DNA of 64,000 bases from Ascoidea asiatica JCM 7603 (lineage: Eukaryota; Fungi; Ascomycota), in NCBI GenBank assembly GCA_001600695.1, contig BCKQ01000004.1:355583-419582 (forward strand), given 5' to 3'. A program made the position numbers and the translations under genes. The notes below the pieces were generated by a model. The model saw only the letters and a program-made list of their open reading frames with translations. It searched no databases and was not told where the DNA came from. Of this stretch, positions 31,972 to 42,434 are shown one piece after another. The number at the start of each line of letters is the position of its first letter. Within the stretch, counting starts at the first letter, position 1.

Positions 31972-32697
31972 ATGACTGATTCAAGATCAAGATCTTCATC
32001 TTTAGTAATTCAAAATTTGGGTAATGATCTAAAAACTGATCAAAAATCCTTACAAGATTTTGGTCATAAAAGGTCTCGTTCTTATATCCCTAGTCCTTTG
32101 TTAGATGATCTTGGACATAAAAGATCTCAATCCTATAATCCATCATTCACTTATGGACATAAAAAATCACAATCTACTATGTCAATATCTTTTCAACATA
32201 CTAGTAATAAATCAAAAAGAGCAAGTTTCATTGACACAATTGCAGAAAAAACTGAATCATTAGATCCTGGAAAGCAATTTGATTTACCAAAACCAGTAAC
32301 ACAAAATATCAACAATGAGAAAATTAAGAAATTGATTTTATTTTATTCTGGAGTTTTCATTGTGGTAGTTACTATTGCATTATTTCTTAATTTCAATTCA
32401 ATTGCAAATTTTACTTCATATTCAAATAATATTGAAAATGAAATTTTTACTGGTTTAGGTTCAAAAATTATTAATGAAAAGGATATTGATATTGAAAAAG
32501 TTGTAAAAGTTGAAGAAATAAAACCTGTTTCTGATACACAAACAACACTTTCAAACTCAAATTCAGGTTCAAGTCTAGCATCTGGTATAACACAAAGCAG
32601 TAAAATAAGTATTATTGAGAAAGGCACTTTTACTGGAGATATAGATGTAATTGCAGAAGTTTATCGTTTGCTTGAAGAGTATGTTTATATCGATTGA
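31972..32697 (+). CDS. Orphan type II single-pass membrane protein (paralog of 59525-60190)
   Basis: 241-aa ATG ORF with one hydrophobic segment (LILFYSGVFIVVVTIALFL); clear similarity to the ORF at 59525-60190 supports coding status. Confidence 0.8.
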   Translation: MTDSRSRSSSLVIQNLGNDLKTDQKSLQDFGHKRSRSYIPSPLLDDLGHKRSQSYNPSFTYGHKKSQSTMSISFQHTSNKSKRASFIDTIAEKTESLDPGKQFDLPKPVTQNINNEKIKKLILFYSGVFIVVVTIALFLNFNSIANFTSYSNNIENEIFTGLGSKIINEKDIDIEKVVKVEEIKPVSDTQTTLSNSNSGSSLASGITQSSKISIIEKGTFTGDIDVIAEVYRLLEEYVYID

Positions 32698-33369
32698 AAG
32701 GTTAAATTATACAAACTCTTATAATCAAAATGTTTTCAAGTTTTTTCCTAAAATTTTTGTAGGCTCATCTATTGTCACTTAATTTTTATTAAGCTTTTTT
32801 TATATTGAACTTTCTTTGAAATCTCCAGGAAATTTTCTGAAAATATATTGCAAAGATTGAACTAAAAATAAACTATGAATCAATTATCAGTTTGAAAAAA
32901 GTTTGAATATTTGAAATGAAAATTTAAACTATTTTTCTTGAAGTTTTTTTTTTTTGAACTTTATTTAGGATCCTTTTATAATTGAATGCAAAGTAATAAA
33001 GATTTATTTTAATCTCAGTTTAAAATCAATTATAGAAAAAAAAACAAGCAAAAATAAAAATTCAATTCAACTCAAGTAACAAATAAGTATTGAATTTTCA
33101 AGAAAAATGTTTTTTTCTATGTTTTGATAATATGAATAAATATTAGGGTTACTGATGATTTTCAAAAATTTATTCTATAAGTCATATTAATATTTTATAC
33201 AGTAACCCAATACTTTAATTCTGGATAATATTAATTATAACATCTTTTGATCTTGTAGATAATAAGCTGCATATCAAAAGGGGTAATAATTAATTATAAT
33301 TTTCCTTGTAAAAAAAAAAAAAAAATATCACTAACAAAAAGAGTCATATAAGTTAATTAATCAAATAAG

Positions 33370-34879
33370 TTATAATGAAAATGGAATCTCAATACCTTCA
33401 ATAATATCTCCATTCATTGCAGTTTTATCAATTCTTATTTGAATTTTTTTCTTATCTTTTAAAGCTTCGTCACACCCTTTCATGAACCAACATGGAGCAA
33501 ACGTTATACCAACAAAAGCATTATCTATAAAAATATTCCAATGAGAAATATAAGGTTCAGTATCATCAGATGCTAACCATTTAATAATATAACTTGTTTG
33601 AGATTTAATTGAAGAATGATGTACTCCAGATAAAGTAATTAAAGATGAAGCCAAATTTGATATTGGATTAAAATTATTTTTTGAAGGAGAATAAATGTTA
33701 ATTTCAGATAAATTATCAATTGGAAGTTTTAAATTTTTAATGTAATCTTGATCATTAATATCAATATTTTCTATACATAAATCACCAATTATTAATTCAG
33801 TATGGTTATCGGGATCAGTATTTCTTGGAATTATTACCCACTCATCTAAACTATTACTATCCTCGTTGTCATTATTAATATTGGTTTCATTATTATTGGG
33901 TTCATTATTTTCATTATTTTCATGATTTTCATTATTTTCATTATTTTCATTATTAATATTTAAATCTAATTCATTATTAGAATTATTTAAATTAAAGTTT
34001 TGAGAAGAATCAAGAGTATAAACATTAGAAACTAATTGAGAATTTAATTTATTATCTAATTTTAATCTAATTTTATCATTTGGAATCCAATTTATTATAA
34101 TTTTATCAATGAAAAAAATTTCACTTTTTGAGCTTATTGGAATTTTAATTAGTTTTTCAATAATATGCCAACCATTTATATCATTTTTTAGTAAAATTTT
34201 TGAATTTATATTCAATGGAATTTCAATTGTACCTTCAGAAACTTTAATTTTCTTTTTTTTTGATTTTTCAATAAAATATTTAATTTCTAATTGAAAAAAC
34301 CCATCAGGTTGTAAATCATCATCATCATCATCATTATCGACAATATTATTATTATCATTATTGTTATTATTATTATTATTATTAAGTTCTTTAAGATCAG
34401 TTGAGCTTAAAATTGATTCATCTAAAATTTTTTCACCTTCAATAATTGAAATTTTTTTAATAATTTGATTATTAATTAAGAAATCATTTTTAATTTTTTT
34501 AATAAAATTTAATTTATAAGAAATTTTTAATTTTAAAAATTTATTTAAACATGGATTTTGTAAAATAAATAAATTTTTTTTATAATTATAATTATCATTT
34601 TCATCTAATAATAAAGAATTATTTTTAATAATTTTTAATGAGGAACCACCATTAAAAGAATCTTTAAAATTTAAAAGAATTTTAAGATAATCATAATCAG
34701 GTTTTAAAATTAAAGAATTATTTGAATTATCAAAAGAGGATATAATTTCTGGAATTTGATAATTAAAACTATTATTAACCCAATTATTATTAAAAACAAT
34801 TTTACCATTAATATTAAAAAAATTTCCATTACCATTAGAAAAATTAGTATAAAAAATAAAAGAATTTAATAAGTTATTA

Positions 34880-34916
<37 letters not shown>

Positions 34917-36405
34917 CATTTATTATAGGATAATAAATTGAAGAATTATATGGAGAAATAAAAGTTGAAATTGTATCAACATTTAAACCATTATTATACC
35001 AAAATTTTTTATCATTATTAATAAAATTTTCTTTACCATAATATTCATAAACCCAAGCAGGAGCAAATAAAGCAATATTAGCTTCATAAGATTTACAATA
35101 ATTTATTGAAATTGGAATTGAATAACCACCATTATCAATTTGAGAACCTCTACCCCAAACATCAATACCAACATATAAAGAATTATTAACACCATATAAA
35201 CCTGCAATTGCAATATTTTTTTTTAAATTATTTTCATTCCACCAATAATTTGTAAAAAAAATATCAGAATTTTTAAATAAATTATAATTATCAATTGATA
35301 AACCATTTTGATATTTAACTTTATTTAAATTTGGTAATAAAGAATCATACCAAATTAATTTTGAATTTTTAATATTTAAATGTAAAGAATTTTTTAAAGA
35401 TTCAATAAATTTTAATAAATTTTTTGAAATATTTAAATTTGAAAAATGAGATTCAATATTTAATAAAAACCCATCAAATTTAAAAATTTTACAAATATAA
35501 ACAAAAATTTCAACAAATATAAAAATTTTATTATCATTTTTCATTAATAATAATTGATCAAGATGATTAATATTTTTTGTTGAATTACCTTCAAAGATTA
35601 TAGTACCAAGACATGGAATATTTTGTTTATGACAAGAATTTATCCAAGATACAGTTGGAATTGTGATATTATGATGAGAGAAATAAATAAAATAATCAAT
35701 AAATTGAGGAAATTGTAAGAAATAATGATAATTATTTGGATGAGGAAAATAACCTAATGGATTTAAATCTTCAAAATTTTGATAATTATTTTTAAAATCA
35801 TGACAAACTAATAAATTTAATTTTGTTAAATTTTTTAAATTTAAATTTTTAATTCTTTTAAAATTTGAAATTGATTTAAATTTTGGGATTTTAAAATTAT
35901 CAAAATGATTAATTATATTATCTTTATTATTATCTTTATTATTATTTTTTTTATGAATTATATACCAAGAATATAATTGATTTAAAGAATCAAAATAAAT
36001 ACTATTAATATAATTATTAAATTGAATTGGATCATCAATTAAATAATTATTAATTTTAGTTTTATTATTATTATTAAATGATGATTTTATATAAGTTACA
36101 TTATTATCTTTATTATCTAATATAATATTTTGATTAAGATCTTGATTATTATCATTATTGATATTTGTAATTGAATCTTCAATAATTGGAGATAGATTAA
36201 TTAAATCATTATCAATATTTAAATCAGATTGTATATGATGAATTGGAGAAGGAGAATTTGAATTCGAGTTTGAATTTGAATTAGAATATGAGTTTATTGA
36301 TTTATTTGAGGAAGAATGAGAATGAGAATCATTTGAATCATTTTTATGTTTCACCCTTGATAATTTATTATTCATACGAGAATAAGATCTATTACCTAAG
36401 AACAT
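33370..36405 (-). CDS. Cytosolic endo-beta-N-acetylglucosaminidase (GH85 ENGase)
   Basis: LLVCHDF..NY, FIYFSHH.ITIP..WIN..H, LGTIIFE, FDGFLLNIE (catalytic N-x-E), WYDS, FFTNYWW, YVGIDVWGRG and ALFAPAWVYE. Confidence 0.92.
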
Positions 36406-36961
36406 TTTAAACTATTGATTGATTCAGTTAATGAAAAGATATATTTTGATTCATCTGATTAGATTGTCAGATATATTATAGATATATTATAGATATATTG
36501 TATATTTATATATATATATTTATATATATATTTACAATACAATACTACATACAGAATTAACATTAATATATTTGAATGGAGATAGTACAACGTTAGATAA
36601 GGGTGTAACTGTTAATAAACACAGCGGTAATCAAAGGTCAGATTCGGATACGAATCAGTGAGTGATTAGCGAGTGATTAGCGAGTAATCAGCAAGCGATC
36701 AGCAGCGGATAAGAATAAGAAGCAGAGGCAGCAGAGGCAGCAGTGGAAGCGGGATGGAAGCAGCTTGCAGGTTTATTTGCTTTGTTATTGCTCTGATAAC
36801 AAAAAGCATTTGAAAAGAGAAGTCGGATTGGAGCCGGGTCAGGTGAGCACTGGTCGAGGGGTGGGTGTGTTACCCTGGTGTTATAAGGCTTGGACTGTGT
36901 GGCTAGTGGCGTGTGGCTAGTGGTGTGTGGTTTTCATGGCTGGTGGGTGCATCGTACAATA

Positions 36962-37188
36962 GAATCTTCTGGAACTGAGCCCACCAACAAAACTCACGCT
37001 CACGCTTTTCTGCTTCTGTTTATCTCGCTGTTGTGGCTGTTCTGGGATTCCTAATCCTATCCAGGCCCAGATTTCCAGATTTCACTTACTAAGGCCCGGA
37101 TCCCACTCGGATTCACTCTCCGTGGCCTGGCCCCGATCCACGCTTGTTTCTCTTAATAAGCGATTCTCTGCTTCTCCAGATATAAATA
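36962..37188 (+). promoter_or_regulatory. TSA1 stress promoter: HSE, Skn7-type, Yap1 and TATA elements
   Basis: GAAtcTTCtgGAA at 36962-36974; GGCCCAGA at 37064-37071; TTACTAA at 37086-37092; GGCCTGGC at 37124-37131; TATAAATA at 37181-37188. Confidence 0.7.
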
Positions 37189-37321
37189 CTGAGATTATTC
37201 CCACACTCCTTAATTTCGACAATTATCTTTATTTTTCAATTAATTATCAATTCTTTTATATTCTATTATAATTCAATAATACCTTATAATCAATAAACTT
37301 CTTATTAATATTAATATTAAC

Positions 37322-37357
37322 ATCAATATCAATATCAATATCAATATCAATATCAAT
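37322..37357 (+). repeat. (ATCAAT)n hexamer repeat in the TSA1 5' flank
   Basis: About six tandem ATCAAT units. Confidence 0.85.
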
Positions 37358-37411
37358 TGTAATATTCAATTCTATTCAATTAACTATATATATACATACT
37401 AATATATCAAA

Positions 37412-37999
37412 ATGGTCGCTTTAGTTCAAAAACCTGCTCCAAAATTTTCAAAAACTGCAGTTGTTGATGGTTTATTTGAAACTGTATCTTTAGATCAATA
37501 TAAAGGTAAATGGGTTTTATTAGCTTTTATTCCTTTAGCTTTCACATTTGTTTGTCCAACTGAAATTATAGCATATTCTGAAGCTGCAAAAAAATTTTCA
37601 AATAAAGATTGTCAAATTTTATTTGCTTCAACTGATTCTGAATATTCTTTATTAGCTTGGACTAATGTTGCAAGAAAAGATGGTGGTTTAGGTCCAATTA
37701 ATATTCCTTTATTAGCTGATACTAATCATTCATTATCAAAAGATTATGGTGTTTTAATTGAAGAAGAAGGTGTTGCTTTAAGAGGTATTTTCTTAATTGA
37801 TCCAAATGGAACTTTAAGACAATCAACAATTAATGATTTACCAGTTGGTAGAAATGTTGAAGAATCTTTTAGATTATTAGAAGCTTTTCAATTTACTGAA
37901 AAATATGGTGAAGTTTGTCCAGCAAATTGGACTCCAGGTGAAGCAACTATTAAACCTGATGTTGCTGATTCAAAAGAATATTTCTCTAAAGTTAATTAG
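37412..37999 (+). CDS. TSA1: Typical 2-Cys peroxiredoxin Tsa1
   Basis: [28 protein letters not shown] and YF motif. Confidence 0.97.
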   Translation: MVALVQKPAPKFSKTAVVDGLFETVSLDQYKGKWVLLAFIPLAFTFVCPTEIIAYSEAAKKFSNKDCQILFASTDSEYSLLAWTNVARKDGGLGPINIPLLADTNHSLSKDYGVLIEEEGVALRGIFLIDPNGTLRQSTINDLPVGRNVEESFRLLEAFQFTEKYGEVCPANWTPGEATIKPDVADSKEYFSKVN

Positions 38000-38599
38000 A
38001 ATTCTTATAGACTATAGATTATAAATATAAACTATATATATTCATATAAATCATAAATTATTATATAGCTCTTCTTTTTATTTTTACTTACATTTTAAAC
38101 TATACATATAAATAGATGCCCTTTTATTATAACGATAACTATGTATCCTGTACCGGTCTTAACTTTGATTGGTCCGTCGACTTCTCTATCTCAATACTAC
38201 TATATCGACTAATACTGTAAAATAAATATTTGTAATACCTCTATGGGAAAGTCAGATCGAATATATTTGAAATTTTCGATTAATATTATTAAATGAATTA
38301 ATTACATTGAAATTTGAATTCAATTTATATTCCCTATGGGAAACTGTCAGAAATTATCATCTTTTATCTTCTTCAAATTCAATTATTTCAATTTATTTCA
38401 ATTTATATTATAATATTTAAATAAGCCTCAGTTTCCTTCCCTTTTTTTTTTTTATTTTTATATTCAATTTCTTTTATTCTCTCTATTCAAACTTCATTAT
38501 TTTTTATATCTACATATTTTTTATATCTACATATTTACATATCTAAATATCTAAATATCTATAAATTTATATCTATTCATTACAAAAATAATAATAAAA

Positions 38600-39730
38600 A
38601 TGGTTGGAATTCAAACTAAATTAATTCATGGTGCTGATGAACAATTTCATAAAAGACATTTAGATGTTGCTCCTCCAATTAATGTTTCAACAACTTTTAG
38701 ATATAATGAAACTTCAGTACCTGTTGATGAACAAGATGTTAATACAATTTCTGCTCATTCAAATTTTATTTATTCAAGATTATCACATCCAAATTCAGAA
38801 GCTGTTGAAAGTTTATTTAAAAATTTATTTGAAAAAGATGCAATAATTTATTCTTCCGGAGTTTCTTCATTTGGTGCAATTTTAAATCATTATTCTCCAA
38901 AAAAAATTTTTATTGAAAGAGCTTATGCAGGTTGTTTTGGTTATATAAATTTATTAAAAAGATTTGGTTTAAAACAATATGATTTATCTGAAAATTCATT
39001 ATCTTTAATTTCTGAAGGTGATTTAATTCATATTGAAACTCCAGTAAATCCAGAAGGTACATGTTTTGATATTGAATATTATTCAAAAATTGCAAAATCA
39101 AAAAAAGCTATATTAAGTGTTGATTCAACTTTTGCTCCATTTCCATTACAAGATCCATTTAAATTTGGTGCAAATATTGTAATGCATTCTGCAACAAAAT
39201 ATTATGGTGGACATTCTGATTTATTAGCAGGTTTATTAATTGTTAAAGATTTTGAAACAAAATCAAAATTAGTTCAAGATAGAATTTTTCTTGGTACAAA
39301 TATTGGAAATTTAGAATCATATTTATTAATTAGATCTTTAAGAACTTTTGAATTAAGAATTAAAAAACAAAGTAAAAATGCAGAAATTTTAGTTGATTTT
39401 TTAGTTAAAAATAAAAATAATTTTAAAATTCTTGATAAAATTCATCATGCAAGTTTACAAACTGAAGAATTTGTTAAAAAACAATTACCAAATGGTTTTG
39501 GACCTGTATTTTCAATTGATTTAATTAATGAAAAAGTTGCAAGAACATTTCCTGATAAACTTAAATATTTTGAACATGCAACAAGTCTTGGTGGTGTTGA
39601 AAGTTTAGTTGAATGGAGAGCATATAGTGCTCCAAATGTTAGAAAAACTTTAGTTAGAGTTTCTGTTGGTTTAGAAGATATTGAAGATTTAATTGAAGAT
39701 TTTCAACAAGCTCTTTTATCCTTTAATTAG
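38600..39730 (+). CDS. PLP-dependent trans-sulfuration enzyme (Cys/Met metabolism family, YHR112C-like)
   Basis: VAPPINVSTTF, YSR..HPN, ETPVNP, VDSTFAP, HSATKYYGGHSD (PLP Lys) and ATSLGGVESL. Confidence 0.9.
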   Translation: MVGIQTKLIHGADEQFHKRHLDVAPPINVSTTFRYNETSVPVDEQDVNTISAHSNFIYSRLSHPNSEAVESLFKNLFEKDAIIYSSGVSSFGAILNHYSPKKIFIERAYAGCFGYINLLKRFGLKQYDLSENSLSLISEGDLIHIETPVNPEGTCFDIEYYSKIAKSKKAILSVDSTFAPFPLQDPFKFGANIVMHSATKYYGGHSDLLAGLLIVKDFETKSKLVQDRIFLGTNIGNLESYLLIRSLRTFELRIKKQSKNAEILVDFLVKNKNNFKILDKIHHASLQTEEFVKKQLPNGFGPVFSIDLINEKVARTFPDKLKYFEHATSLGGVESLVEWRAYSAPNVRKTLVRVSVGLEDIEDLIEDFQQALLSFN

Positions 39731-39828
39731 TTAGATTTTTATGTTATTTATTACTTATATACATATACATATACATTATACATTATACATTATACATATA
39801 AATAGTTGTATAAATAGAAATAAAGAGA

Positions 39829-40638
39829 TTAATTTGATTTAACAAAATTTTTTAAAATTTCACTTGAACCAAATATTGGATTTAAAAAAATTGAAGATAA
39901 AAAAAATTGTAAACCTTTTCTTCTTTTATTTAAAAATTCATTATTAAAATTATTTTTTTGATTTGGTAAATTATAATAATAATAATTTTTTGGTGGTAAA
40001 TTTGGTATTTGATTAATAAATTTTGAAAAATTTAAAATTAAATCATTTCTTAAATTTAAAAAATCTTTATATCTTTTATAAATTATAATTTTTGAATTTT
40101 TAATTGTTATAATTTTTATTGTCCAAACTGTATATTTTTTAAATGAAGATAATAATATTGAATAATCAGATCCTTTAATTATAGTTGCATCTCCAATAAA
40201 AATATCTTTAACCCAAATATGAGAATTATTTTCTAAAATTATTTCATTTGAATTTAAAATATTTGTTCCAGTTGGTAAATAACTCAGTATTGAATGTGAT
40301 AAATTGTTATTATTATTTCCATTTTCTATATTATTGTCATCAACATTGTTATTGACGTTATCAATATCATTATCACTTTCGATATTAATATTTTCAGTAA
40401 TATTCGTATTAATATTTTGAATATAATCTGTAGAACTTATAGAAGAAGCATCAGAAGAATTATCATAAAGTTGAATCGGCCTTGGAGGTATTGATTTTCT
40501 TCTTTTTTTCTTTGATTTTATATCATTCGTGTTATTCTGTGATTGAATTAAATCAAAAGAACTCGCGTTTGTATTTGTATTTGTATTTGTATTTGTATTT
40601 TTATTTTTATTAGTGTTATTGTTGTTATTGAGATCCAT
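39829..40638 (-). CDS. YPT35: PX-domain protein Ypt35
   Basis: PPRPIQL (Vps13-adaptor PxP-like motif); C-terminal PX domain YTVW..KRYKDF..IPNLPPK..FLNKRRKGLQFFL..LNP.FGSS. Confidence 0.8.
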   Translation of the reverse strand: MDLNNNNNTNKNKNTNTNTNTNTNASSFDLIQSQNNTNDIKSKKKRRKSIPPRPIQLYDNSSDASSISSTDYIQNINTNITENINIESDNDIDNVNNNVDDNNIENGNNNNNLSHSILSYLPTGTNILNSNEIILENNSHIWVKDIFIGDATIIKGSDYSILLSSFKKYTVWTIKIITIKNSKIIIYKRYKDFLNLRNDLILNFSKFINQIPNLPPKNYYYYNLPNQKNNFNNEFLNKRRKGLQFFLSSIFLNPIFGSSEILKNFVKSN

Positions 40639-41171
40639 TGTTTATCACTGAGAATATAACATGATTAAAAACAATTTTTTTTTTTTTTTTGCTAAGATTT
40701 AAACAATGTAAAAGCAAAATGAAGAATCAAAACGACTTTAAGTTTGATTATGAATTATATCTGGTAACATATAAAAGGATAAAATTTGAAATAAAAAAAA
40801 GACTATAAATAATCAAGAATCAAGAGTTATGAATAGAAGAATAATGAATAATATCTTTATTGACGTTTATTTTGTATATTTGATGTTTTTACAGATTCAA
40901 AGATTCAAAGATTCATTGTGTTTGTTTGTTGATCCGCTACGAGGTCAGACATGGCCACAGGCAGCTCGAACATGCCAGGCCTGCACTGCAAACAGCCCCC
41001 AGCTACAAAGCATCAATAAAAGAGACACTGATACAAGAAAATCGTAACAATGATAATGAAGAAGAAGAAGATAATGAAGATGAAGAATATAATAAACATT
41101 TATTGATCGGTAGTGGTGATGGTGGGCTATTTATCTAAGGCTACTTAAGTTACGTGCTCGTTTCCTGTTGA

Positions 41172-41682
41172 TCAATGACAAGCTGCTGGAACAGAAATCG
41201 ATTCACTCCATAAATACTTGCCAATTGCAGAACCAGCTCCAATGGAAATAAGAACCCAACCATTGAATGTCATTGAAATCAACATTAGTAAAAACGAATA
41301 GACAACAATTACTCCATAAGCAACTGATCTAAAACATTTGTTTTTTTGACTTTTTGCTGGAGCTATTGTAATGTTAGTATTTATGTAATTGTAATTTAAA
41401 TATACTTTAGATGTAATACATACTTTTATCTAATTTACCAAGATTCATTTTCAAAAACTCATAAAGAACAGTAAGACCAATAATTGCACCAATTGAAAGA
41501 ATCAAATGGAAAAATGATTTTATGTGCCACCATGAGAAAAGAACACAGAGATTGGTATATTTCCAAGTAAATAACATGTTCATTGAACACATTTCATGAG
41601 AACCATGGTCTGGCATGTCTGGCATACTTGCCATATTTGCCATATTTCCCATATTTGCCATTGAATGAGAACTGTGATCCAT
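41172..41682 (-). CDS. CTR2: Ctr-family copper transporter (Ctr2 type); exons 41682-41424 and 41362-41172
   Basis: Met/His-rich N-terminus and CSMNMLFTW..NLCVLF.WWHI. After splicing, exon 2 gives YSFLLMLISMTFNGW (MxxxM), a GxxxG helix and a C-terminal ACH stop. Confidence 0.9.
41363..41423 (-). other. Spliceosomal intron (61 nt) in CTR2
   Basis: GTATGT donor at 41423, TACTAAC at 41379-41373, TAG acceptor ending at 41363; join A|CT is in frame. Confidence 0.92.
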
Positions 41683-42434
41683 TGTTGTTGATATCAATTA
41701 TATTATTTGTATGATTTATGTGATTATTTATTATGAAGCAATACAATACTACTTAAATAAAGCTTAGCGTCTGATAATGTAACGATATATTACACTCTTT
41801 ATATACCAAATGATAAACTGAACCGAATTAACTTTTTTCTTTTATCTTAGGCCTGGCTAACAACAAAATACCCAAATTCAACAACCAATTTATTTAAATC
41901 AACATTCTTTTCATCAATTGACTTGATTCTGGATTTTTTTGCTTGGGTTTCAAAATCCGCCAGCCTTTCAAAGAAGCAAAATTCGCTCTTTCAATGCATG
42001 GAGCAAAATTTACTCATTTAAATCTAAAACCAAAACTAAAACCAAAACCATAAATTTTAGATATTGGTAACAAAAGAATGATGACAGTATCAGAAAAATT
42101 ATCGGTTTGGGTATTCTAAGTATTTATAGATGATTATTAATTACAAATTACTTTATATTTCTAATTAATAAGATTCTATTATAGAGATAAGTTTGTTACG
42201 TGAATATAGATAATGTTAGGTATTTAGATACAAAATAATAAAATAACAATTTATAAAATAACAATTTATAAAACTGTAAAAGTAAAACAAAAAATCATAA
42301 AGGGAAAGGAACCGTCAACAATGAGAATACCATTAGAAAATCCAGAACTATATTAAAATAAAAAAAAAGAGAAAAAACAGGAAAAAAAAAAAATTTGAAA
42401 AGAAAAAGTCATACATAAAATTTAAACTACTTTT

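Noticed and set aside
32679-33343. GTATGT near the end of the 31972 ORF with CACTAAC at 33329, suggesting a further exon
   Set aside because: The paralog conserves the same EEY(V/I)(Y/F)I-stop terminus without a donor site, and the putative exon would run antisense into the ENGase gene.
40829-41138. Two short + strand ORFs between YPT35 and CTR2
   Set aside because: No recognisable motifs; they overlap the GC-rich YPT35 promoter, where stop codons are scarcer.
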